This document shows positions 41,067 through 50,489 of a DNA stretch of 64,000 nt, piece by piece. Source of the stretch: an uncultured bacterium. Its GTDB lineage: Bacteria > Chloroflexota > UBA5177 > JANWHV01. The notes below the pieces were generated by a model. That model was not told the DNA's origin and searched no databases. It saw nothing but the letters and a program-made list of their open reading frames with translations. A program made the position numbers and the translations under genes. The stretch spans positions 672,001 through 736,000 of the forward strand of contig CAVSOU010000010.1 of NCBI GenBank assembly GCA_963729625.1, written 5' to 3'. Numbering within the stretch: position 1 is the first letter of the stretch; each line of letters starts with the position of its first letter.

Positions 41067-42677
41067 GTGCAAAAGGGTGACCAGTTCAAAGCCGGTCTTG
41101 GGGCGCAGGAATCGCTGCAGCGCGGTCTCGCGCTGGTCGAGCGCGTGCTTGGTCCCACGCTTGGCCCCCTGGGAACTCCTGTCCTCGTCGCTCGGATTGG
41201 GCGACCCAATGAGCCGCCCGAAGTGCTCAGCGATGCTGGGATCCTGGCCTTGCGCTTGACCGGGATCCCCGAGCCGTGCGCCAATGTCGGCCTGATGCTC
41301 AACCGGCAAGTGGCCTGGAAGCTGCGCAGCGAGATGGGCGATGGCAGCGCCACCGCCAGCGTGATCTGCGCGGCGACGCACCGTGGACTCTTGACGGCCA
41401 CGACGGCAGGAGCGGACCCAAGGAGACTGCGAAGCGGCGTCGAGCACGCCGTTGAGCTGGTCTCTCGGGCCATTACGGCGTCGGCGCGGCCGCTGAGCTC
41501 TGGCGAGGCCGAGCGATTCGTAGCCGCGTCGAGCGGCGATCCGCGGCTCGTGCCGGTTGTTACTGAAGCTATAGCCCTGTTGGGACCGGATGCCGTGATT
41601 ACGGTCCGAGACTCACCGCGCGATACGCCGGAGCTGCAGATTGTCGAGGGCGCGCTGTGGGAATCGGGGCTCGTATCGAGCCAGTTTGGCGACGGTGGCA
41701 TGGGCGAAGACCTCGTCCTGGACCGTCCGCGCGTTCTCATTTGGGATGAGAAGCTTGAGGATGCCGCGCCGCTGATCGACACACTGGAGTGCCTGCGCTG
41801 GAACGGCGTACGCAGCCTGCTCCTCGTGGCACGAACAGTGGGTCCGGCGGTAATGGCGCTGCTTGCCGCCAACAACAAGCCCGACTTTCGCTTGGCGGCC
41901 GTCAACGCGCCCTATGAAGGCAACAACCTGGAATGGGCCCTCGCGGACCTGGCGGCGCTGACGGGCGCACGGGTGCTGGCACCAGAGCGTGGTGACACGC
42001 TGAAAAGACTTGACATGGGAGCTGTCGGCAGGGCACAGCGTGCGATAGTTGGGCGTGGATTCTTCAATGTCTTTCCTCTGGATGCTGCGTCAGAGGCAGT
42101 CGCGCGCCAGGTGGCATCCGTACGGTACAGGCTTTCCGAGAGCGAGAACGAGAGCGAGCGTGGCGCATTGTGGAGCCGCTTGGGACGGCTCGCAGGGGGT
42201 ATGGGCGTCGTGTGGGTCGGCGGTCACAACGAGGAAGAGCGTCTGCAACGGCGGCGGGCGACGGAGCGGACGGTTGCCGGTTTGCGGGCCGCCGTGGACG
42301 GTGGTGTCGTTCCGGGTGCCGGCGCCACGTATCTGGCAGTCGCACGCTGCCTGTCAGGCAGTACGACACACGACGAGGATCTTGGTGTCGCCGCGGTGGC
42401 AGCAGCGCTGACCGCGCCGGCACGGTGGATCGCGCGCAACGCTGGGTTGGATCCCATTGCGGCTGTGGCAGAGGCAAGAGCGGTCGCGCCCGACCAGGGC
42501 ATCGACGGAGTAACTGGGACCCTTGTCCACCTGCGGTCTGCGGGAATCGTTGACCCGGCACTGACGCTGATACGTGCCGTCTCGGTCGGCGCTACCGCTG
42601 CGGCCATGGCAATAACCGGCGAGGTGCTTGTCGTGCGTCCATACCTACGGATCACGTCAGCGGATATACGCCCATGA
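41067..42677 (+). CDS. Highly divergent GroEL/Cpn60-family chaperonin homologue
   Basis: PTLGP.G, GDGSATA (cf. GDGTTT), ITV.D, VEG, AVNAP, DLAALTG, RLGRLAGG, GVVPGAG and GIVDP segments collinear with GroEL. Confidence 0.9.
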   Translation: MQKGDQFKAGLGAQESLQRGLALVERVLGPTLGPLGTPVLVARIGRPNEPPEVLSDAGILALRLTGIPEPCANVGLMLNRQVAWKLRSEMGDGSATASVICAATHRGLLTATTAGADPRRLRSGVEHAVELVSRAITASARPLSSGEAERFVAASSGDPRLVPVVTEAIALLGPDAVITVRDSPRDTPELQIVEGALWESGLVSSQFGDGGMGEDLVLDRPRVLIWDEKLEDAAPLIDTLECLRWNGVRSLLLVARTVGPAVMALLAANNKPDFRLAAVNAPYEGNNLEWALADLAALTGARVLAPERGDTLKRLDMGAVGRAQRAIVGRGFFNVFPLDAASEAVARQVASVRYRLSESENESERGALWSRLGRLAGGMGVVWVGGHNEEERLQRRRATERTVAGLRAAVDGGVVPGAGATYLAVARCLSGSTTHDEDLGVAAVAAALTAPARWIARNAGLDPIAAVAEARAVAPDQGIDGVTGTLVHLRSAGIVDPALTLIRAVSVGATAAAMAITGEVLVVRPYLRITSADIRP

Positions 42678-44464
42678 GTACATCGTGGGCGCTCCGCGGC
42701 CAGGTCGACGCGTCGTCGATCACACACATCGCCATCTCACCTAGCTTCTCACAAGACAAGACGCTGCTGGTAGGAACCCTCGCCGGAGTGTCCGTCAGCC
42801 GCGACGCCGGAGCGTCGTGGGAAACCCCGGCCCGAGGCATCGTGGGGCCGTTCATCCGGGACGTTGCCCTCTCGCCCACGTTCGCGGTCGACGGCGTCAT
42901 GTACGCCACCGCCCCTGGCGGCTTCTTCCGCTCACCCGACCGCGGGCGGGAGTGGCAGGCGGCGACACAGGCGTCGCTTTCAGGCTTGCTTGCCATCGCT
43001 CCCGACGGGACCTTGTATCTCGTGCCTGACGGAGATACCTGCGTGTGGCGTGGCGCCGCTGCCGGCCGGTGCGAACCTGTCGGTCACCTCCCTGGTGTTC
43101 CGCTCACTCTGGCTGCAGATGCCGTGGCAGGTATCCTGTGGGCAATCACAGAGAAAGGCGTGACCCGGAGCCACGATGGCGGCAGTTCCTGGCATCAGCT
43201 CAACCTTCCTGCCGCGGCGCACTGCCAGGCGTTGGCCACATGTGGCCCGGAAAGCGTGGCCGTTGGCACGGAGGAGACGGGCGTGTTGCTGTATCGCCGT
43301 GACGGCGCCTGGGAACTACCGGCAACGGTGAGCGGACTAGGCGTGACGGCGCTTGCTGCTAGCCACGACGGAGCTACCGTTGCCGCGGGTACGCAGGAGG
43401 GTGTCTTCATATCCTCCGATGCAGGCCGCACCTGGGCCGCACCGACCGAAACCGTACCGGTCCTCAGCCTTGCCATGACGCCCGACGCGGGGTACGTCTT
43501 TGCTGGCCTGGCGGGTGGTGGTTGTCACCGCTTGGCCAATCTCGGTTCTGAGTGGAAGGCATTGCCGGGAATCGGTGGGGCCCTTATCGCAGACCTTCAT
43601 GCCAAGTCAGAAAAGGCGATCGTGCGCACCGTGGATGGTATCATCGCGCGATCGGGCGACGGCGGCCGTACCTGGAGCATGGCGCCTCTATCGGTGCCGG
43701 CGCAGGCTGTTGCCGTGGCTGCAGATACGGGCGACGGATTTGCGGTAGCAACCGACGATGGAGTCATGTGCGAAGGATTGCATCTCAGACCGCCTGTTCG
43801 AGCGGAAATTCGAGGCCTAGCAATCGTCGACGATCCAGTTGCCTGCCCGCTTATCGCAGTGGCCGATGCAGGCGAGGTCGTGCTTTCAGGCGATCGGGGG
43901 GAAACCTGGACGAGCAATACCCCTGTCCTGGAAACTGGGCAGGAAATCGTAGAGATTGCGTTCGGTCGGCCCGGCACCCAGGCAGGGCCGCTGCTCGCCG
44001 TGGCGACGCTTGCCCCGGATGGCATGGGAGAACTGTGGCTCCGTACCCAAGAGGGTACATGGCGACGGTCAGTGGCCCACCATGCGGGGGCAGCAGGCGT
44101 ACACCTTGCGGCGGTTGGCGGTCCACGTGGCATCTTTTTCGCTGCCGGCGCCACCATCTACCGGCCCGCTCGCGTTGGAGCACTGGTGTTTTCCGGAGAA
44201 TCATTGGGTAGCTTGAACGGCGGTTCGGTACTGCAGCTTGCGGCTATTCGGGAACCGTCCGGCACTGTGACCCTTGCCGCTCTCAGTACCGGGGGCGTCT
44301 ACCTGTCGCGCGACGGCGGGCTCAGTTGGTCGGAGCACCCAACCCCCGGTGGGCCGCCTATCACCGCGATCGCGCTTCGCCCCGCGTTGGAAGCGGTTGA
44401 GGTGCTCGTTACGCACGTGGGGGGCAGTGTATCGGCGGCCTCGGTGGGATTCGCGCTGGCGTAG
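42674..44464 (+). CDS. Double beta-propeller BNR/Asp-box repeat protein (YCF48/sialidase-like)
   Basis: Multiple S.D.G..W Asp-boxes and SP.F..D motifs; no signal peptide; ATGA overlap with the chaperonin stop. Confidence 0.85.
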   Translation: MSTSWALRGQVDASSITHIAISPSFSQDKTLLVGTLAGVSVSRDAGASWETPARGIVGPFIRDVALSPTFAVDGVMYATAPGGFFRSPDRGREWQAATQASLSGLLAIAPDGTLYLVPDGDTCVWRGAAAGRCEPVGHLPGVPLTLAADAVAGILWAITEKGVTRSHDGGSSWHQLNLPAAAHCQALATCGPESVAVGTEETGVLLYRRDGAWELPATVSGLGVTALAASHDGATVAAGTQEGVFISSDAGRTWAAPTETVPVLSLAMTPDAGYVFAGLAGGGCHRLANLGSEWKALPGIGGALIADLHAKSEKAIVRTVDGIIARSGDGGRTWSMAPLSVPAQAVAVAADTGDGFAVATDDGVMCEGLHLRPPVRAEIRGLAIVDDPVACPLIAVADAGEVVLSGDRGETWTSNTPVLETGQEIVEIAFGRPGTQAGPLLAVATLAPDGMGELWLRTQEGTWRRSVAHHAGAAGVHLAAVGGPRGIFFAAGATIYRPARVGALVFSGESLGSLNGGSVLQLAAIREPSGTVTLAALSTGGVYLSRDGGLSWSEHPTPGGPPITAIALRPALEAVEVLVTHVGGSVSAASVGFALA

Positions 44465-44508
44465 TCGTGCTCGCCGGCTGCTGCGGCGAGAAATGGAGAG
44501 GCGTGTCA

Positions 44509-45561
44509 ATGGTAGTGCAAGAGAACCGTACACGGATGAGCCTTGCGCAGGTCTGTGCGCGCCGCACGGGGATGGTCAACGGGCTTTGGCCGCACGATGC
44601 CTACCCCGAGCTGCCCACCCTCCAGCCCGGTGCGACGGTGACCATCGCCGACATCAAAGGGCCGGCCGTCATCACGTGCCTGCATATGGCACAATTCAGG
44701 GATCCCATCGCCTATCGCGGCGTTGTCTTGAGGATCTTCTGGGATCACGAGACACGGCCAGCCGTGGAGTGTCCACTGGCAGATTTCTTCGCGGACGGCT
44801 TGCAAGGCAAGAGCGCGTTCTTTTCCACGCCTTTCATGGAGAAGGCCCCTCACTCATACAACTGCTATCTGCCCATGCCGTTCCGCCATCAGGCACGAAT
44901 CGAGCTTACAAATGAGACGGATCGGGTGCTCAACGGCTACTCGACCGTGGAGTATGAGACGCTGCCCGACTGGCCGGAGGACTACGGCTACCTGCACGCG
45001 ACGTGGGATCGACGCACCGTCTATATCCCTCGCGAGGTCTTGCCGCTGGCCGATCTGCATGGGCGTGGCCACTATGTCGGCGCCAATCTGAGCATTACCA
45101 GCACCGAGCCCGATTTCGCGGGTGCCCAGTTCGTGATGGAGGGCAACGACGAGCACTTCATCGACGGTGAAGAACACCAGTCGCTCGACTACCTTGGTAC
45201 CGAAGACTACTTCAGTTTCTCTTGGGGCTTCCAGCAGCCCTTCACAGGCCTGCACGCCGGGATCACCCACGTGAACCATGAGATACTGCCCTTTGAGCTG
45301 GCGGTATACCGGTTCCGTGACGGCAACGTGATCCGCTTCGAAAAATCATTGCGGATCCAGGTGAACTGGGCTTGGGAGTTCCTCCGTTATGGACCGGAGA
45401 CCTCGGCACGCCAACTGCGCGACAAGCTTGACGCGGCCGGTGGCCGGCCGATCGACGTCGCCTCGACCATCTACTGGTACCGGCTTCCGGGAAGCGGGCA
45501 CGTGGACCACAAGCCCCTCCCGGCACTCGAAGACCGGCTCAGTCTGCTAGGAGGTGTGTAA
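44509..45561 (+). CDS. DUF2961 / GH172-like glycoside hydrolase (copy 2, divergent)
   Basis: LRIFWD, VECPLADFF, NCYLPMPF and MEGND..FIDGE....LGTEDYF motifs. Confidence 0.85.
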   Translation: MVVQENRTRMSLAQVCARRTGMVNGLWPHDAYPELPTLQPGATVTIADIKGPAVITCLHMAQFRDPIAYRGVVLRIFWDHETRPAVECPLADFFADGLQGKSAFFSTPFMEKAPHSYNCYLPMPFRHQARIELTNETDRVLNGYSTVEYETLPDWPEDYGYLHATWDRRTVYIPREVLPLADLHGRGHYVGANLSITSTEPDFAGAQFVMEGNDEHFIDGEEHQSLDYLGTEDYFSFSWGFQQPFTGLHAGITHVNHEILPFELAVYRFRDGNVIRFEKSLRIQVNWAWEFLRYGPETSARQLRDKLDAAGGRPIDVASTIYWYRLPGSGHVDHKPLPALEDRLSLLGGV

Positions 45562-45669
45562 TGTGCCAGCTCGACCCTGTTGGGCCAGGTAGCCGAGGGC
45601 TCGGTAGAGTGCCGCGGCGGTGCGCGTGGCAAGCTTTAGCGGCCGTGACAGCCAACAAGTGGATGGAGA

Positions 45670-46044
45670 ATGGTGATGCCTCAGACCCCGCGTGAGGTTG
45701 CAGAGTCGTACTGGCGCGCAGAATGCGACCGCGATATCGAGGCAGTCTTGTCACACTTTCATGAGGACGCGGAGTTCCGGCCTGCGGGGCAGATCTTGCG
45801 TGGTCATGCTGAGATACGCACCTTTTACGAGGATTCGTGCGCACGTTTTCCCAGCCTCGAGAACACGATCGTGCATGGGATCGAAAGTGGGAGCGAGGGA
45901 GCGTTTGAGTGGGACGCTGTCTTGGTAGACCGTGACGGTGGGCGTCTCCGGCTGACAGGCGTGAATGTTGTGCGGGTTGAGGACGGCAAGTTCCGCTGGG
46001 TCCATGCCTACTTCGACGCAGGCAGCTATCGGGCTGTCTCTTAG
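45670..46044 (+). CDS. SnoaL/NTF2-like protein
   Basis: D.EAV...F.EDA, GHAEIR.FY and DGK.....AYFD pattern. Confidence 0.85.
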   Translation: MVMPQTPREVAESYWRAECDRDIEAVLSHFHEDAEFRPAGQILRGHAEIRTFYEDSCARFPSLENTIVHGIESGSEGAFEWDAVLVDRDGGRLRLTGVNVVRVEDGKFRWVHAYFDAGSYRAVS

Positions 46045-46107
46045 CGGGTCGCCAGCGAGCACATCTCTGGGGGCCGATCATGGCACGCGTAGCGAGGGAG
46101 AAACATT

Positions 46108-47193
46108 GTGAAGATCACAAAGGCGCGCGCCTACCTGTGTGACGTGAAGGTCGAACGCCCGCGCACGGACGCAATCCAGGCATTCGTCAAGCAGGAAACT
46201 ATCCTCGTCGAGATCGAGACGGACGAGGGCCTGTCCGGTACGGGCTACGCCTATACCATCGGAACGGGCGGGCGGGCAGTGCGCGAGCTATTGCAGTGCG
46301 ACCTCCTGCATCTTCTCATCGGTGAAGACGCGCGCCAGATTGAAGCGCTGTGGCAGAAGCTTTTCTGGGCCACGCACGGTACAACCGTTGGCGTGACTAC
46401 CAGCCTGGCGCTCGCCGCCGTCGACACTGCTCTGTGGGATATCCGCTGCCTCGCGGCGAACCAACCCCTTTGGATGCTCGCGGGTGGCGTGAGTCCCCGG
46501 ATTCCGCTCTATGATACGGAGGGCGGGTGGCTCCATCTGACCACCGAGGAGCTCGTCGCTGCAGCAGTCCTCTCCCGAGACCAGGGATGGCCCGGAGTGA
46601 AGCTCAAGATTGGCAAGCCAGATCTCGTGGAAGATGCCGAGCGCCTCCAGGCGGTCCGGGCTGCTGTTGGCCCGCGCATGCACATCATGGTTGATGCCAA
46701 CCAGTCCATGACCTTTTCCCAGGCTAAACGCTGGGCGCACATGCTCGAGCAAGCCGACGTGTTCTGGTTTGAGGAGCCGCTACCCGCCGACGACATTACG
46801 GGACACGCCCGTCTTGCCAGCTCCACGAGTCTGCCTATTGCCGTGGGTGAGAGCCTGTATTCGGTGAGCCACTTTCGCGAATACCTCGCCGCGGGAGCGG
46901 CCGGCGTCCTGCAAGTGGACGCGGCCCGCATTGGAGGCATTACGCCCTGGCTGAAGGTCGCGCATCTTGCGGAGGCCTTCAACGTCAAGGTGGCGCCGCA
47001 TTTCCTCATGGAGCTGCATGTGAGCTTGGCTGCAGCAATCCCAAATGCGCTTTACGTCGAGCACATTCCCCAATTACGGGCGCTGACACTGCGGGAGGTC
47101 GCAGTGGAAGGCGGCCAAGCCGTAGCCCCGAACGATCCGGGGCTGGGGATCGCGTGGAACCGCGACGCGATTGAGCGCCTGCGTGTTGACTGA
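46108..47193 (+). CDS. Mandelate racemase-subgroup enolase, probable acid-sugar dehydratase
   Basis: KLK, MVDANQ, WFEEP, GES, QVD and APH motifs. Confidence 0.92.
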   Translation: MKITKARAYLCDVKVERPRTDAIQAFVKQETILVEIETDEGLSGTGYAYTIGTGGRAVRELLQCDLLHLLIGEDARQIEALWQKLFWATHGTTVGVTTSLALAAVDTALWDIRCLAANQPLWMLAGGVSPRIPLYDTEGGWLHLTTEELVAAAVLSRDQGWPGVKLKIGKPDLVEDAERLQAVRAAVGPRMHIMVDANQSMTFSQAKRWAHMLEQADVFWFEEPLPADDITGHARLASSTSLPIAVGESLYSVSHFREYLAAGAAGVLQVDAARIGGITPWLKVAHLAEAFNVKVAPHFLMELHVSLAAAIPNALYVEHIPQLRALTLREVAVEGGQAVAPNDPGLGIAWNRDAIERLRVD

Positions 47194-47270
47194 GGCTGCC
47201 GTATGTTGACCTCAGTTTCCGGCGCATCGAGATGCTTGCGACCCGCGGTCAGGTGGTGGAGGGAGGCGGC

Positions 47271-48530
47271 ATGGACTCACGCGGCCGCGTACTGGCGGCG
47301 CTGAACCACCAAGAGACGGACCGGGTGCCCATCGACCTCTCCGGGTACAAATCGTCGGGCATCGCCGCAATCGCGTATCGTAAGCTCAGGAGGTATCTCG
47401 GTCTCGAAGAGCGACCTATCCGCGTGTACGACATCCAGCAGCAGCTCGCTATCGTGCATGAAGATGTCCTCGACCGCTTCGGCGTTGACACCATTGAGCT
47501 AGGGCGTGGGTTTGCACTCAACGACGCCAACTGGGCGGACTGGGTACTGCCGGACGGCACGCCATGTCAGGTACCGACCTGGACGGCGCCCGAACGCGTC
47601 GACCTCGGCTGGGTGATTCGATCCAAGACGGGACGAGTCATCGCGCGGATGCCGGACGGGGCTCTGTACTTCGAATCGGCCTACTTCCCGTTTGCGGAAA
47701 GTGGGCCGGATCACACGGATCTCGAAGCCGCCATGGCGGAATGCATGTGGAGCATCCCCTCGCCGCCGGGACCGCTGGTCGATGGGCTCAATGGCGAGAG
47801 ACTGCTCACTGAAGGCGCTCGACGACTTCGTGAAAGCACCGATCGGGCGATTCTGGGTCTCTTTGGCGGCAATTTGATGGAGTGGGGCCAGTTCCTGTAC
47901 CGGAACGATAACTTCCTGGCGCTGCTTGCCGCGGAGCCGGACCACGCCCATGATGTCTTGGAACGCCTCACGCGGATCCACCTGGCAAATCTGGAGAAAT
48001 ACCTCGGCCTTGTCGGGCCATACATCGACGTTATTGTCTTCGGCGACGACCTTGGGATGCAGTCCGGCCCCCAAATCTCACCCCGGATGTATCGAGAGTT
48101 CTTCAAGCCGCGCCATGCCCGCTTGTGGCAGCGTGCCAAGCAGCTTGCCGACGCCAAGGTGATGCTGCACTGCTGCGGTGGGGTACGGCCTCTCCTGCCT
48201 GACCTGATCGACGCCGGCCTCGACGCCATCAACCCGGTGCAGATCAGCTGTCGGGGCATGGAGGCCAGCGGGCTCAAGCGAGATTTCGGCAACAGTATTA
48301 CGTTCTGGGGTGGGGGCTGCGACACCCAATGGATGCTCTCGCATGCTACGGCCGATCAGGTTCGGGACCACGTCGAGGAGCAGATTGAGATCTTGCGACC
48401 CAGCGGTGGCTTCGTGTTCCAGCAGGTCCACAACATCCTGGCGGATGTGCCGCCGCAGAATATCGTGGCCATGCTCGACACTGCTCGCAGCCTCGTTCGG
48501 TCCGCGGCACCACGGTCCCGACCGGGCTGA
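47271..48530 (+). CDS. Uroporphyrinogen decarboxylase-like (MtaA/CmuA methyltransferase-fold) protein
   Basis: DRVPID, FGDDLG.Q, HCCG, NPVQ, FWGGGCD and VHNI motifs. Confidence 0.85.
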   Translation: MDSRGRVLAALNHQETDRVPIDLSGYKSSGIAAIAYRKLRRYLGLEERPIRVYDIQQQLAIVHEDVLDRFGVDTIELGRGFALNDANWADWVLPDGTPCQVPTWTAPERVDLGWVIRSKTGRVIARMPDGALYFESAYFPFAESGPDHTDLEAAMAECMWSIPSPPGPLVDGLNGERLLTEGARRLRESTDRAILGLFGGNLMEWGQFLYRNDNFLALLAAEPDHAHDVLERLTRIHLANLEKYLGLVGPYIDVIVFGDDLGMQSGPQISPRMYREFFKPRHARLWQRAKQLADAKVMLHCCGGVRPLLPDLIDAGLDAINPVQISCRGMEASGLKRDFGNSITFWGGGCDTQWMLSHATADQVRDHVEEQIEILRPSGGFVFQQVHNILADVPPQNIVAMLDTARSLVRSAAPRSRPG

Positions 48531-48693
48531 TATCGCGCGACTGGGCTGGAAGCAAGAGGATTCGACTCAATGCGCACAACAATGAACGCCGGGAAGCAAG
48601 AGAAGGGCGGCCGCTTGAGTCTGGGTCCGGAGCGGGATAGGCGTCGTTTGCTGACCGCGGCGGCGACTGACAGGACGGCACGAGGACGGTGCG

Positions 48694-49560
48694 ATGCCCG
48701 ACTTTCCGATCGTTGATGCACACGTTCACCTGTGGGACCCGTTGCACTTCCCTGTTGGCTGGCTTGCGGGCAATGAGCGGCTTGACCGGCGCTACTCTCT
48801 CCCGGAATATCGCGCCGACACCAACTCACTCCAGATTGCGGCGATCGTCTACGTGCAGGTTGATGTCGATCCGGCATATGCGCTGCTTGAACCCCGCTGG
48901 GTCACCGACCAGGCACAGGCCGATGCTCGCCTTCAAGCGATAGTGGCGTGGGCGCCGCTTGAGCACGGCGAACACCTACGCACATATCTTACGGCAATGG
49001 CCTCAACGGACCCGCGCATCAAGGGTGTGCGTCGCAACATTCAGTCGGAGGTCGACCCAGCATATGCCGTACGCCCGGGATTCGTTCGCGGCGTGCGGCT
49101 GCTGCCCGAATTCGGCCTGTCGTGCGACCTGTGCATTGTGCATTCTCAGCTCGCAAGCGCCACCGAGCTGGTGCGCCGATGCCCCGATACGAACTTTATG
49201 CTCGATCACCTGGGAAAGCCGAACGTCAAGGAGCACGGGCTCGATCCCTGGCGCATGGAACTCGCGGCGCTTGCAGCCCTGCCCAACGTGATGTGCAAGA
49301 TCAGTGGTGTGGTGACTGAGGCGGACCATGAGCGGTGGGCGCCGGCAGACGTCGCACCGTTTATCCAGCACGCCCTCGATGTGTTCGGTGAGGATCGCGT
49401 GGTCTTTGGCAGCGACTGGCCCGTGGTGACGGAAGCGTCATCGTGCCTGAGATGGGTCGAAACACTCGACACCATGACGGCTCACCTGTCAATGAGCGCA
49501 CGGCGCAAGCTCTGGACCGGCAATGCGCGCCGGTTCTATCGGCTTCGCGACGAACCATAG
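48694..49560 (+). CDS. Amidohydrolase, L-fuconolactonase-like sugar lactonase
   Basis: DAHVHLWD, GVRR, LDHLGKP, CKISG and FGSDWPV motifs. Confidence 0.9.
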   Translation: MPDFPIVDAHVHLWDPLHFPVGWLAGNERLDRRYSLPEYRADTNSLQIAAIVYVQVDVDPAYALLEPRWVTDQAQADARLQAIVAWAPLEHGEHLRTYLTAMASTDPRIKGVRRNIQSEVDPAYAVRPGFVRGVRLLPEFGLSCDLCIVHSQLASATELVRRCPDTNFMLDHLGKPNVKEHGLDPWRMELAALAALPNVMCKISGVVTEADHERWAPADVAPFIQHALDVFGEDRVVFGSDWPVVTEASSCLRWVETLDTMTAHLSMSARRKLWTGNARRFYRLRDEP

Positions 49561-49775
49561 CGCCGCGAAACCTCGGCTGGCGCCTGGCTTCCCGGTTGAG
49601 TTGGTATATCCTATGTTATGGTAGCTTTGACCAGGTGACAGGGGTCCGCCCGACACCAGCCATCACTGCATCGCAGCTTTCGCAACCCAGGCATGGCACG
49701 ACTTGGGGTCGGATCATAGTGCCGGCACGAACGGTTCGGACGTATCTTGCAACGCCAAAGGCGAGAACAGTGAGC

Positions 49776-50468
49776 ATGTCGACAATAATCGGACACCGCC
49801 ACACGCGGGTGCCAAAGCGACAGATTCTCACCGACAACGTGTATGAGGCCGTAACAGGCCTCATCATGGACCACCGGATCGAGCCGGGCACACGCATCAA
49901 CATCGACCAGCTGGCGCGTGATCTCGATGTATCTGCCACGCCGGTGCGCGAGGCCCTGGCTCGTTTGGAGTCAGACGGCCTGGTCACCAAGGAGCCCTTG
50001 CGCGGTTACTCCACCACCGCGTTGCTCGATTTGCCCTCCTTCCTCCAGCTCTACGAGCTGCGAGCGATCCTGGAGCCAGCATCCGCGCGTAAGGCGGCGG
50101 AGGCGCCGACGGACAATGATCTGCAATTGCTGGAGGAGCAAGTCGAAGCCATCGAGCGAGCTGAGATCGGGCACGCCTACCAGGAGTTTCGCATACTGCC
50201 AACCCAGGACGCCAGCTTCCACGACACTATCGCTCGGATGTCGGGCAACGCGTATCTGCGCGACACGCTGTCACGTTTGCATGCCCACCTGCTGCTTTAT
50301 CGCCTGGTTGAAGATCCCAACCTTGGCGGAGTCACGAGCGTAGAGCACCGCGCGATCCTGGACGCGCTGCGCGGGCGCGATCCCGATGCGGCAGCGCAGG
50401 CAATGGCCGAACACATCACGCGCTCGCAACACCGTATGTCCAGGCCGTTTGAGCCAGTGTCGAGTTGA
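49776..50468 (+). CDS. GntR/FadR family regulator (FCD domain)
   Basis: VSATPVREAL..LE..GLV HTH; FH..I and EH..I motifs. Confidence 0.93.
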   Translation: MSTIIGHRHTRVPKRQILTDNVYEAVTGLIMDHRIEPGTRINIDQLARDLDVSATPVREALARLESDGLVTKEPLRGYSTTALLDLPSFLQLYELRAILEPASARKAAEAPTDNDLQLLEEQVEAIERAEIGHAYQEFRILPTQDASFHDTIARMSGNAYLRDTLSRLHAHLLLYRLVEDPNLGGVTSVEHRAILDALRGRDPDAAAQAMAEHITRSQHRMSRPFEPVSS

Positions 50469-50489
50469 GGGCCGAGGGAGGCGAGGACC

